DNA of 56,635 nt from Vitrella brassicaformis CCMP3155 (lineage: Eukaryota > Protista > Chromerida): positions 1 through 56,635 of the forward strand of contig CDMY01000534.1 of assembly GCA_001179505.1 (NCBI GenBank), given 5' to 3'. Every line of letters begins with the position of its first letter. Position 1 is the first letter of the stretch. Of the stretch, positions 1 to 12,034 are shown piece after piece. The notes below the pieces were generated by a model. It did no database searches and was not told the origin of the DNA. It was given only the letters and a program-made list of their open reading frames with translations. The translations under genes and the position numbers were made by a program.

Positions 1-212
1 CGATTTCGGGGGCCAAGACGGGGTGATAGTTGTCGTGATCTGCCTGGCCAAGACGTGCCAATTCGTAACTAAGACACAAATGCATCCCATCTTGTCGTCG
101 ATGCGTGGCTGTTGTTGCTCGTCTAGGATCTTCTGGTCTTTGAGCACACGGGGTTTTGTGAGCCTCAGCTCAAGCCCGGCGAGACGATCACAGGTGGGCA
201 GGATGTGTAACT

Positions 213-1238
213 GTGATCGTAGCGCTGTTTGTCGTTGCGTATGCAGGCGTCTGCGCGTCCATCGCTCTATTCGTGCCCACTCTGGACGTCCCGCCATCCC
301 TGGAGGGCGAGCCACTCGCCATGATCCAGTCGCGGCCCGCCAAGACCAAGGTACGACACGGACAGACACGCCACGCAAATGGACAATGGAAGCGCTGCGT
401 CACTCGTGTGTTCCACGTGACGTCAGGCACTCTCGACAAAGCTCAACATGAAGAAGCCGAAAGGTGAGTCAACTTGATGGCCGCACAGTCCACGACTGGA
501 CGTACGAATCATCCTTCTATGCCTTCGTCACATGTTTCGCGATGTAGCAGCATCTGCTCGCCGGGAGGTGGAGGGCCTGTTCGGTTGCCCCCTTCTAACT
601 GCGCTTCTAGAGGACAGCGAACCAAACAACGCCACGGGCAACCCCACCGCCAACATTGTACAGGTGGGTGAGAGAGGCAGACATCATCTCTTCTGCGTGT
701 TGCCGGAATTCTGCTCTATTAATTTTCCGTCAGAATGGCACTGATCAATCTCTGCTGGTGGACCTCCCCTTCGCTCTCGCGAGCGGCTTCCCCCAAGTGG
801 TGGTCGCGGCCAATTCAGTCCAAGGCAACGCCAACCTCATCGCGGCCGTAGATGAGTACGAAAGACAATGAGGGAGGGCATATGTCTCTGCATGTGTTGG
901 TGTGCCTCCGCAGCGAGCCCTTTAGCTTGTCTGAGAATCCGTCCGGAGAGGCCGACGCCGTGTACGAAGATGCGCTGATCGTGCCGACCGATGCTGGAAG
1001 CAAACTGGAAGTGTTCGTCACGGCAGCTGACGGCGAAGACGCCATGGCGGTACGGATGCACACGCAGCCCTTCCTCCTCCACTTAGGTCATGTGTGTATG
1101 TCATGTGTGGGCGCGGATGTGTGGCGCATGCAGGAAGTGGTGGTTCTGCTCTTCGACGGGGCGTGCACCGTCCCCTTCGAAATCACACCCGTGGATGTCC
1201 CTACTGTCCCGGTTGATGGTGGGGGCGCCGAGCGATGA
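213..1238 (+). CDS. Hypothetical multi-exon, probably secreted or membrane protein (5' end uncertain, possibly degenerate)
   Basis: Hydrophobic segment IVALFVVAYAGVCASIALF at 213. GT..AG-bounded blocks (351-426, ~665-731, ~1087-1133) separate protein-like exons ending EVVVLLFDGACTVPFEITPVDVPTVPVDGGGAER*. No family recognised and not all phases resolved. Confidence 0.4.
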
Positions 1239-1339
1239 GGCGGCACAACAAGCGAGATTCATATGGGATGGGACACGCATATTCATCTTGTGTTCTTGCA
1301 TGTCTCTGACGCCCGAGCGAGGTTTTCCTGAGACCTGCC

Positions 1340-1915
1340 AATGGACAGTGTGTCTCTCTCGCTGCGGGTTTCGGGTTTTCCAGCACCGAATTCATTCTTG
1401 TTTCTTCTCAGTGCATGAAGGCGGAATAGCGGGGCTTCTGTCCATTTTTGCCATGTATCTATAGTGCGGCCTACTGGACTGTATGTACGACACCACATCA
1501 CTCTGTAGATGTGTGTTTGAGGCGTCTTTGAGGTCGCTTTGCTGGCTCTTTGACTTAATGATGTGTGTTGCTGCGTCGCGGGCGAGGGGAACAAGGGGTA
1601 GGGGTCGCGGGGCGATGACACAGTGTATGGGAGGGGGTTGACGCAGTGGGCGGCAAAGTTTGACGCGGCTGTTTTGTCACAGTCCGCCGTCCGCCTCACT
1701 GACTGCTCAAATGCACTCACACCCACCACTGCTCTCCTCAGCAGAGCACATAATGGGATGCGGGCATATGTAAGGGACTGCATGACGCTGCGAAGTTGGG
1801 AAGAATGGAAGGTCAAAAAGGGCCGATCTCTTCAATTAGCTATCTAAGCGGGAGGGATAAAAACGTGTGTTGGATCAAACACTCTACATGTGCTTTCAAA
1901 GCCATTAAACGCTGA
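1340..1915 (+). repeat. Left arm of ~550-bp inverted repeat pair (partner 6325-6882)
   Basis: Reverse complement of 6325-6882 at roughly 85-92% identity by eye. The ORF track shows the same peptides on opposite strands (e.g. HNGMRAYVxDCMTLRxWE). Confidence 0.95.
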
Positions 1916-2327
1916 ACAAACGAGCGGCACGCTCCAATGCAAGTTTCTTGCAGCGACGCCGCCAACCACGCACACACATACTCGCACTACGCGCCAACGC
2001 AACAGACAGACGAGCACGAACCCACCCCATCACCTGGCTGTACGACTTGTCTGCCCACGCAGCCTTGGTGCGCAGCTTTTCGACCAGGCGGCTGAAAAAA
2101 CCATTGGCCTCTCTGCCCCCACACATCATCCACCGTCACGCACAACACAGCCTGGAAGCAACCAATCGGTGGACTTGTCCTCGCATATTGCAGCTATAAT
2201 AATAAGAGAATGCAATTGTCCCACTATTTCTGAACCGTTGTCAGCAGCGGCAGCAAACGAACGTTCTCTCTGTGTGGCAGACTTCCGCCGCCAGTCGCAG
2301 TGACCGACAGTGGGCAGAGGGCAAACG

Positions 2328-5300
2328 ATGGCGAAGGACGACCACGCAGCCGCACCTCTCCTTCATCTTTCTGCGCTCCTGTGCCTCTTCTGCTGTGCCT
2401 CTGGGATCACTGACGCAGAGGTGGCGAACCGGAACGCCGATCAGGTGCTGAACTACCTGAAAAACCACGCCGGGGCGGTGACGAGCCTGAGGAGCGGCAA
2501 AGGGGGGAGGCTACGCACCAACGGCACTGCCACAGCCCTCAGGGAACTCTGGGAAACGACGCCCTTTCGCTACGCTCACCCGCTGCCGAACGCCCTGCTG
2601 GTTTCGCCGTACACGTCAATCGCCCTGAGGCCGGCAGGCTGGGTGGCTCCCTGGAGCGTCAAGGGCAAGATCAAGGTGCGTGGGGAGCAGTCTGGTGATC
2701 GGTCACAGGGGCAAACTCGGCTGCTTCCAGACAACAGGACGATATGGTTCAAGCCCGACAGAGACTTCTTTCCTGGCGAGAGAGTGTTCGTTGATGTGCG
2801 GAGCGGCATCAGGACCAGGGTGGGGAAGGTGCTTCCTGCGGCACAGTGGAGCTTCTCCGTCTCCTGGCGCAAGATCGACACCTATCGGAACAAGGGCTTC
2901 ATCAAGCTGTCTACGGATGGAAACGGCGCGGGCTTCTCATCGCCAGAGAATCTGAAGCTGCTCAAGATGATGCGCGACAACGACTGGCTGCTGGGGCTCC
3001 CTTCCGTCTCGGCTAATGCCACTGACAGGGCGGCCACCGCACTGCGGACGGAGTACTTGTTGGAGGTAGAGGATAGGGGCAGGTCCCGCATCGTTCCCAA
3101 TTCGGCCTACCGCACGCTGCCCTCTACATACCCCAGGGCCATCCTGACCCGTGTCGGCGACACCTCGAAGCTCTCTAGTGGGTATTTGTTCACCACCGAG
3201 ATCAGCCACTCGAAGCCCTACAAGACCATGCAGGTCATCATGACCGACAGAGGAGACCCCGTCTACTACGAGAAAGGCACACTGGCGTCGTTTGCGCCGA
3301 CCCACAATGGGGAGGTCATCTTGCGTTCGTCTGGATACAAGATCAAGAAGGCTGGACCCGACTACAGGTTGACTGGCGGCTACGAGGCGGGACACGGACA
3401 TGGTGAGTGGAAGAAGGGTATCATGTGGGAGAGGGAGGCACACATGGAGGGGCTGAATGCTATGATGGGGTGCTGTCGCCCTTCAGTTCTCAATCACCAC
3501 GAGCTGCGAGTGACCAAGTCGGGGACCGCCCTACTGATCATGTGAGAGCAGAAAGGAGACCGTCTTGCGTTCGTCGCTTGTTGCCCATACCTGCCGACTG
3601 TGTGGCTGTGAGTGCAGCTATGATCCGCAACTGATGAACTCCAAGAAGATACGGGCTGACGTCTGGGGCGCGTCCACGAGCACATGGGTGGCGGGGCTGT
3701 GCATCCAGGAGGTCCTGACCACTGGCGAGGTCATGTTTGAGTGGCGCAGCTGGGACCATCTGCCGCGGGTCTATTGGGAAACCAACATGAGCGTCGAGCA
3801 CAACGTTTGGGACTTGACACACGGTACGTGCATACGCCCATTCGTGTCAAGGTACATACCGTACACTCATTGTGTATTTCTGGTCTTCCGTCAGCAAACT
3901 CCCTCGACGAGTCGCCTGAGGGCAATATAATCGTTTCCCTCCGTGGGCTGCAGCAGGTGGCCAAGATCAACAGGTCGGTCTTGATCGATTGATGGATGGA
4001 TGGCCCGTCAGCATGCGCGACTCCGTCATACTCTCTGCCTCCCTTGTGTGCCTCCCTCCAGGAACACAGGTCGGGTGGAATGGCGTCTGGGTGGTCGACG
4101 GCCCGAGCTGAGCAGCTTCAAGATCAAAGACGACCCCAATGGCGTGTTCTCGGGGCAGCACGATGCGCGGATCACCAAACAGGGGCTGCTCACGATGTTC
4201 GACAACAGCGTCAGGACGGGCAGCCGCACTGCACGAGCGGTGGATTACGCCCTTGAGTGGGAGGATGACAGCCCCGCGATTGCTCGACAAGTCTCCGTCT
4301 TCAACACGGGCGTCTCTGCCTTCGCCAAAGGCAGCTACCGCCGAATGCCCAACGGTGCGTTCCGTCACTCACACACGTACCTATGGTCCCTGTGGGCATC
4401 TGATCATGGCATCTGATGGCAGGCAACCGTGTGATGTGCCTGGGCATGCGGCTGACCGCGGACAAGCATGGCCGGCGCGGCAACCCATTCTATCTCGAGA
4501 CGGACGAAGGGAACAACACACTGGTCATGATGCGGTGGGCGAGGGAAACGCACTCCTACCGCGTGATCAAGGCGCCATGGTCGGCAAGGAAAACGAGCGC
4601 ACGGGAGCTATGCACTTATGGATGGATGGGTGCTGTCGGTGTGTATGTGGCGACACCTTGTCAGGGTGGGCCTTCCACCATATAAGCCCACAGTGCTCTT
4701 CGATGTCAACAACAAATATCGCTCGCTCCGGTTCGCTGAGCCACCTATCTGCAGCCTTGATCTCGCACTCATAGTGGTCAGCGGTGTTCGTCCTTTGTCT
4801 CGTGTGTGTGCAGCCTTCACTTCTCGTGGAATGGTGCTACGGAAGTGGCCAAGGTAGGTGCCGTCACAAGCACCGGTCTCGTTGTTTTTTCGTGTGAATG
4901 CGCGTATGTATGTATGCAGTGGCGGGTGCTGGAGGGGCCGACGGACGAGCCAAGCGATTTCCTCATTGAGATGGCGAAGACGCAGTTCGAGCACTGGATA
5001 GAGGTCAACGAAGGCGTGAGACAGTGCCTTTATTATCAAGTGGTGAGCAAGCCGACCGAGGCGAGACAGACAGGAAGCAGCTCGATCTGCGCTCCGCGTG
5101 TCCGTCCACTCCCCAATGTGTTGTGCAGGTACCAATAGGCAAGAACGGCACAGAGATGCGGCCGTCTGACGTCGTCAAGTCCCCTGCATGCGGGTGGGTG
5201 AATTGAGGATCGTCTGACTGACTGACTCGCAGAGGGAGGGACTCAACCGAGATGCCGTTTGTCTGTCATGCGTCTGTGATTCAGAGGTGGTGCTCTTGGC

Positions 5301-5549
5301 AAAGGCAAAAAGAGGGTCAAGGCTTTCATCCGCCCTCCCGGCTTGCCAGAGGCCCAGGCCCAGGCAGCACCAAGGTGCAATTTGATGGGAGGCAGGAAGG
5401 TGGACTGCGCTCCTGAGCGCCTGAGCATCACAGCCGACGAGTGCGCGGCGCGAGGCTGCTGCTTTGTCGCATCGGCAGGCAAGACCATCCAAGGCCTCAT
5501 ACGATGCTACCAGCCAAGAGAGAATGGGGGAAGGGGTCTTGGCTGGTAG
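2328..5549 (+). CDS. Secreted arylsulfotransferase (ASST-like beta-propeller) with N-terminal Ig-like region and C-terminal trefoil (P-type) domain; multi-exon
   Basis: Signal peptide MAKDDHAAAPLLHLSALLCLFCCASG. Spliced motifs are VLNHHELRVT, FEWRSWDH, DLTH|ANSLDESPEGNIIVSLRG, FSGQHDAR, LTMFDN and HFSWNGATEVAK|WRVL, typical of bacterial/fungal ASSTs. The last exon has a trefoil Cys pattern C-x9-C-x11-C-x4-CC-x14-C. Phases at introns 3403-3486 and 3542-3617 are consistent. Confidence 0.9.
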
Positions 5550-5568
5550 CATCGTATGAGGCCTTGGA
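5488..5568. repeat. Perfect 32-bp inverted repeat with 17-nt loop (hairpin)
   Basis: 5488-5519 tccaaggcctcatacgatgctaccagccaaga is the exact reverse complement of 5537-5568. Confidence 0.97.
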
Positions 5569-6324
5569 GATTAGATGGTATCTACCTATAGTAGGTATTT
5601 ATGTACGTCAACATTTGTACCTGTGTGCTGTGGGGAGGGAGCGATGCTTGCACTGCTCTGTGCCGATCAAAGAATCAGGTCGGTTGGCCGTCAGGGGGCC
5701 GGCCTTTGTGTTGGCTGATGTACGTACGTACACACGTCTGACTGATTGACCAATTGATGTGCGTGCATGTCATTCGTGGCCACTTGGATGGCTGCCTGGC
5801 CTGCACACATTGTATGTACATGATGCAATCCATCCATCCATGGATCTCCTATCCATCTGTATTTGTCGTGTGAGTGTGTGTGTATGTATCCATTTCTTTC
5901 TAGTGCAGGCCTGGCTAGTTAGTGCTCGAATCTCTCCGCTAGCTCATGCTATGTATTTGTGTGTCTCGCCGAGCGACGATACGTACGCTTCATTGATAGT
6001 GGGGATCTGGATCGACGATGCACACTGATTGGTGTTTTTGAACTTGCAGTTACGACTGCCTAGTACTGTGCCAGTACTGCATAATACATCCAATGCGTGA
6101 TATGAATGTAATCATGTCTCATGCCTCCCAATCGATCATCGAGCACGCATCGCAAGGAGCGTGACGCAGCCGGCGCACAAAAGCCTAAGGCCATTCTGCT
6201 TTGGTTGCCGCTGCTGCCTTTCGCCTGCAACAAAGTGAAGATGAGGGGAAAGCGCGCGCATCGTCTGAGCAGCCTTTGATGAAAGTTGAGCCACATCCAA
6301 ACGCGCACATTGGGTTTTCTGCAT

Positions 6325-6882
6325 ATTCGGTGCTTGATGGCTTGAATGCACGTGTAGAAGTGTTTGACAGACGTGTTTATCCCTCCTGCTTAGGTAGCTA
6401 ATTGAAGAGATCGGCCCTTTTTGACCTTCCCTCCTTCCCAAGTTCGCAGCGTCATGCAGTCACTTACATATGCCCGCATCCCATTATTGTGCTCTGCTGA
6501 GAAGAGCAGTGGTGGGTGTGAGTGCATTTGAGCAATCACGCGGACTGCGACAAAACAGCCGCGCCAAACTTTGCCGCCCACTGCGTCAACCCCCTCCCAT
6601 ACGCTGTGTCATCGCCCCGCGACCCCTCCCCATTTCCCTCGCCCGCGACCCAGCAACACACATCATTAAGTCAAAGAGCCAGCAAAGCGACCACAAAGAC
6701 GCCTCAAAGACACATCTACTGAGTGATGTGGTGTCGTACATACGGTCCGGAGGCCTATTGTAGATACATGGCAGAAAGAAATGGACAGAAAGGCCCGCCA
6801 TTCCGCCGCTATGCACTGAGAAGAAACAAGAATGTATTCGGTGTCGGAAAGCCGAAACCCGCAGCGAGACACACTCTCCATT
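6325..6882 (-). repeat. Right arm of ~550-bp inverted repeat pair (partner 1340-1915)
   Basis: Direct reverse-complement alignment to 1340-1915. Confidence 0.95.
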
Positions 6883-6944
6883 AATTTGTGTTTTACGACT
6901 GACGTAAAACACAACCTTGAAGCTGAAGAGAGGATTCATGACGC

Positions 6945-7961
6945 ATGAGCAAACCCGTCAGATCACCGTTTCAAGTGGCGGTCCTGTTCGTGACGGCGGC
7001 CCTTCAGACCAGCAGCCGACGAGTGTCCTCGTTCTCCAGCCCTCTCTCCCTTCCCAACAACCTCCACAGGCCGTCGGGTGCGATGCAATCTCATCGGCAC
7101 AGCTACACGGTACGCGGCGTGCGCGATAGAGCCAGTAGCCGCCTCTCGTCCTATCCTGTGCCCGTCCTCTGCTCTTTTTTCCCTGTCTACTGATGTGCAG
7201 GTCTTGAGAGGTCTGGGAGGGGACGATTTCCCATCGCTCAAGCTTCTCACCTACCAGCAGAAGCTTTACAAGTGCTTTGCCGATCCAGAGCTCAGGGATG
7301 GACAGATCCGCTGTGCCCTTCTCGCGGGTTACCTTCCCGCCTTCACTGACGGCCTCACACCTCCGTCTGGAGTCCACCGATTGAATGGGCTATTCCAAGG
7401 CGAAAGAGACTGGCTGTACCTTCCCGTGGCTCTCGAAGGTAATCACTCTGCCTGGCGACTACTTGCGGATTCGTATTTATGGAGAACTACCTACTGCACG
7501 AGCCCAAAGAAGACGGCAAGCACATTCTTATAGTCTTCGGACTGACGATTGAGGAGAGGTTCGGGCCGATGGTCCGTCAGCTCGAAAACCTGTGGAAGTA
7601 TGGAACCTTCCAAATGTGCGTCGAGCAGATGAAGGAGCTCGGACAGCTGTTTTTGGCAGACAGCAAGGAGGTGATTTATGTCATCCTGTTGGACGGCGGG
7701 CCGGACTGGGTCGAGAAGTGGACGAAGCACGAAGCCGAAGGCGCAGAGGCCAGGCACGTCTTCAAGTACCTGAAGGAACAGGGGATCAACATCCTATTCG
7801 GGCGGTGGGGGTGGAGCACTTTGTCCCTTGTCTCAGTCGGGATATATAGGGGGCTGTATGAGGATGAGCAGAAGGAGCTTGAGCAGGCGCGGGAGGAGAA
7901 CGAGCGCCTGAAGATGGAGCTGTCAAATGGCGGGGTCGGGGAGGAGATGGTCACGGGATGA
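6945..7961 (+). pseudogene. Unknown family X, copy 1; one intron (7110-7200) and a 1-nt deletion frameshift near 7477
   Basis: Paralog of 10362-11378 and 12035-13207 (LPVALEGNHSAWRLL, VIYVILLDG, ELEQAREENERLKMEL). The codon run gcg gat tcg tat tt atg gag lacks one base relative to copy 2 gcg gat ggg tgc ttt gtg gag. Confidence 0.75.
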
Positions 7962-10361
7962 ATGAAGTCTCCTTCTGATCGATGATGGCTGATGTGCTCC
8001 GAGGCGGGCTGGTGAAACATGTGGTGGATTCTTGGCTAATGGGCACGCGATTGTGTGCCTCACGTTGTAGGAGCATCAGTACGTATACATCCGTGTGCTA
8101 TGTGAGTCAGATTGCAATGCATCTTGTGCTTCGTGTCATTGAACGGTTGTGGTGGTCTATGAATGCAGCATTCCGTCGGCTACTGAGAGAACTGCCAAGT
8201 GTACATCCATCACGACCCTATCAGGGCACTATAAACTGCGCACACGCGGGTCGAAGCCATCACAAAGCTACCGATACATCCATATGGGCATCTGCATCAA
8301 TTCATGTCTCCCGATCTCTGTAGACTCTGGCGAGAGAAGGAGCCCTCATGGGGGAAGATGCATTCACGCATGACGCAACGTGCACTATACATAAAATCAA
8401 GGGCTAATCCGTGTGCGGAAGAAACTTCTGTAGAAGAGCTCCTTTCTTGGTTGGTTGGTGGTTTGTTGGTCGGCGTCCTGTCCCGACCTGTGTGTCTGTC
8501 GCTTGCTTGGTGCGACTGTCTGTCAGTGATGAGTCGCTCGTGCATGTGTCCTCGCTTGAGGTTCCCGCACCATGAAGTCAGTGCGTAAGCTTGATGCGCA
8601 CCTGAGTTTCCTGGACGCAATGAGAGACGACGTCAGACTTTCTCTTCTTTGGGGCTGTAATGGCTTGTATACGCGCACTGGAGGCCGTACACGTATATTT
8701 CATTGAACGCTGCCACACAAGGTGGCGGAGAATGCACATTTATGTCAATGCAAAGAAAACGAATTCGAAAAATCTGTCAAAGTCAACGTTAACCCGCAGA
8801 GTTTTTCGAATTTTGTCATTGTCGGGAAGAAGCAGGCTCAACGATATGGCTAGAAGACAGGTTGTCACCAGTGATCGACCTCGCTCAAGCCGTCAACGAA
8901 TTTTGGCACTGCATGCTCAAGCGAGCAATAACGCATAGTCAATGCACCATTATTTCGGCTCCGCGAACGTGGAATTTTTGGTGGGCCAAGAAAGCCGCTT
9001 CTCGTGCGTATGGCCGTCACATTCGTGCGTGCGCAGGATAAAAGTGCCTTGTCCACTTTGCGTCATGCAGGGGGCTTCTGCATGCTGCACAAGGTGCCGG
9101 GGTTCATGGGTGTCTCCTTCGGCCTCTGGCCTCTCGTGTCAGCCTTGTCCTCCGTCTTGCCATCCATTCCTCGTGTGCTTCTCAGAACCATGCCTGTCTG
9201 CATGCGCCCAACTTCCCTTTGTTTCCATGCATCGTCTGCTTCCTGTCTACCCCTCACTGCAATACATACACTACACTGATCATGCAACCCATCCATAAAA
9301 CTCATGTCGTTCCTTGCACCGTCACCACACTACAAATTCGGCTCCGACGTCTCGTTCGCGCGGCTGCCACAGCCACACACACAGGCGCCCACAGGTCATC
9401 CTGGTAGCTCTCGGCCGGATTTATGTGAGTCCGATGCCGGATGAGGTCGGTGCTGCTAGAACAGCTCCCTCCTTTCATTAGCGAAGCGTCATTCTCCTGA
9501 GAACTTCACTGAGAATGAGCCGGAGACGGGAACAGATGGTGCTTGCATTCAGTCTCTTCTTCGGCTCAAAATGCCACCTCGTAACACTTCTGGCGTCTTG
9601 CCAGGCCCCTTCCCTCACCCCCTCTCCCACGTGGTACGTGTGTCCATACAAGGCTGCTCTGTGAATAGGCTTCCGACAACCCAAACGTTGTAATGAGTAC
9701 AACTGAATGAATCTCAACCAGAGGATCCGCGATACCAAGCCTACATGTCGAATGGGTGCGGTTACAAGAGGCACTACTGCAACAATCGTACGTAACATGC
9801 ACAATGATAAAGGGAGTGCGTCACGCGGATGCAAGCCACGCACAGGCGATTACTAAGCCGAGGAAAAAATGAATGATGGTGAGGGGCAATGCAAACCCTC
9901 CCAGGAAGACTTGACGACTCCTGTGAGTGTCCGTGTGCAAAACGATCATGACAGATGCACATAGATTTGAATGCACACGGCAGAAGAGGAACAAGACCAA
10001 GAGATGAAGCCGTGTAGGTCATCGTGGGGAATGGGAATATCGCCCGGCCCGCAGCATTTGTCGTTACGCCATGAGCGGACAGAGGCTTGCCGAAGGAAAA
10101 AATCCTACGACACATATGCAGGCCTGCAGGCAGGCAGGCAGGGACACTGCAGGGAGGTAGGCCACGCAGTAGAACCATGCCATTCGTCGCTTACAAATTT
10201 GCGGCCCGGTCGTAGCTCTCTGTGCAAATCGCCAGAGGTTTGTCGAACATGTACACCTGATGGTAAAGGCTTGGATGGCCCCCTCAGAGAATCCGCCCTC
10301 AGATCTATCAGCCGAGAATCCACCGCATGTATCACCAGCCCACCTCGGAGCACATCAGCCA

Positions 10362-11378
10362 TTACCGATCAGAAGGAGGCTTCATCCATCCAGTGACCAT
10401 CTCCTCCCCGACCCCGCCCTTTGCCAGCTCCATCTTCAGGCGCTCGTTCTCCTCCCGCGCCTGCTCAAGCTCCTTCTGCTCATCCTCATACAGCTCCTTA
10501 TATATCCTGAGTGAGGTATGGGATAAAGTGCTCGACCCCCACCGCCGAATAGGATGTTGATCCCCTGTTCCTTCAGGTACTTGAACACGTGGCTGGCCTC
10601 TGCGCCTTCGGCTTCCTCTTCCATCCACTTCTCGACCCAGTCCAGGACGCCGTCCACCAGGATGACATAAATCACCTCCTTGTTGTCTGCCAAAAACAGC
10701 TGCCCGAGCTCCTTCATCTGCTCGACGCAGTCTTCGAACCGTCGGCCTTTCCACAACAGTTCGAGCTCCCGAAAGCTCAGCCCAAACCTCGCCTCAGTCG
10801 CTGGTCCGAAGATGACAAGAATGTGCTTGCCGTCTTCTTTGGGCTCGTGCAGTAGGTAGTTCTCCACAAAGCACCCATCCGCAAGCAGTCGCCAGGCAGA
10901 GTGGTTACCTTCGAGAGCCACGGGAAGGTACAGCCAGTCTCTTTCGCCTTGGAATAGCCCATTCAATCGGTGGAGTCCAGACGGAGGTGTGAGGCCGTCA
11001 GGGAAGGCGGGAAGGTAACCCGCATGAAGGGCACAGCGGATCTGTCCCATGACGAACTTGACATCCCCAAAGCATTTGTACAGCTTCTGGTGGTAGGTGA
11101 GGAGCTTGAGCGATGGGAAGTCGTCTCCTCCCAGATGTCGAGGGTCCTACACATTCAGGGAAGGGATAAAAGAGCACGGGGAGCACAGGAACACGATAGG
11201 ATGGGAGGACGATTCATGGAGTGACTCTGCTTTAACGGACGCCACGCACCCGCCTGTAGTACAGGTGGTTGGGAAGGGCGAGAGGGCTGGAGAACGAGGA
11301 CAGCCGCCGGTCCTGTGCTGTCACGAACAGGAGCACCACCGTGGCAGTGATAGATCTGAGGGCGGATTCCGTCGACAT
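10362..11378 (-). pseudogene. Unknown family X, copy 2; one intron and a 1-nt deletion frameshift near 10547
   Basis: ATG at 11378 (MSTESALRSITATVVLLFVT). A phase-0 intron precedes DPRHLGGDDF. The frameshift lies at ILFG/RWG relative to copy 1. Confidence 0.75.
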
Positions 11379-12034
11379 TCAGTTCAATTCTCTTTTTTCC
11401 TGTGGGCCAAACACTTGGGGGAATAGAGCGTAGTTGGCGAAAAACACAAGTACGGTTCAGGAGAAGGAGGCAGAGTTCAGAGTGCTCAGGGTCTCAGCAT
11501 GCAGTGCCATACACGGGATCTACTCCAACTCACACGCAGCCTCTGACACAGGACCGTGTATCAGGGACCAATCTTTCCATTTGCGCATAAACCGGTCAAA
11601 CGTCCAATGATGAACGCACGGCCGCCGAAGGCGGCCCAACTCGGCCTCACAATCTTGTCTCCTTTTTTTCTCTTTTTCTCTTTTTTTTCCCCTTTTTGTC
11701 TCTTTTTTCTTTTTTCTCTCTTTTTTTTCCCCAATGAATCACCACCTCTTCTGCTCCCGCTTTCCTGCAAGCAAGCGATCTTGGCCTTCTTTTCGGCTGC
11801 CCCATCCATTCCCGTCTCCGTCCGTCCCTCTCTCAGGCAGATCTGTGTTCTCATGGCTGACTGAGTTGCCAGCATTGATGAGTTGGAGCGTCATGAGCGA
11901 GGCCAACAACGACTGCTCTCGGCTGAGGCGGATAGGCCACTTGAGGTGACAGGATAGAGGCAGAGAATCCGCCGCATGTGTCAGCAGCCCACCTCGGAGC
12001 ACATCAGCCATCATCGATCAGAAGGAGACTTCAT

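Noticed and set aside
2328-5549. Bacterial contamination as the source of ASST (and likewise GH16 and sPLA2)
   Set aside because: All three have multiple phase-consistent spliceosomal introns in the host style.
9000-9430. Possible small exons between family X copies 1 and 2
   Set aside because: Splice-like sites are present but I could not build a coherent product.
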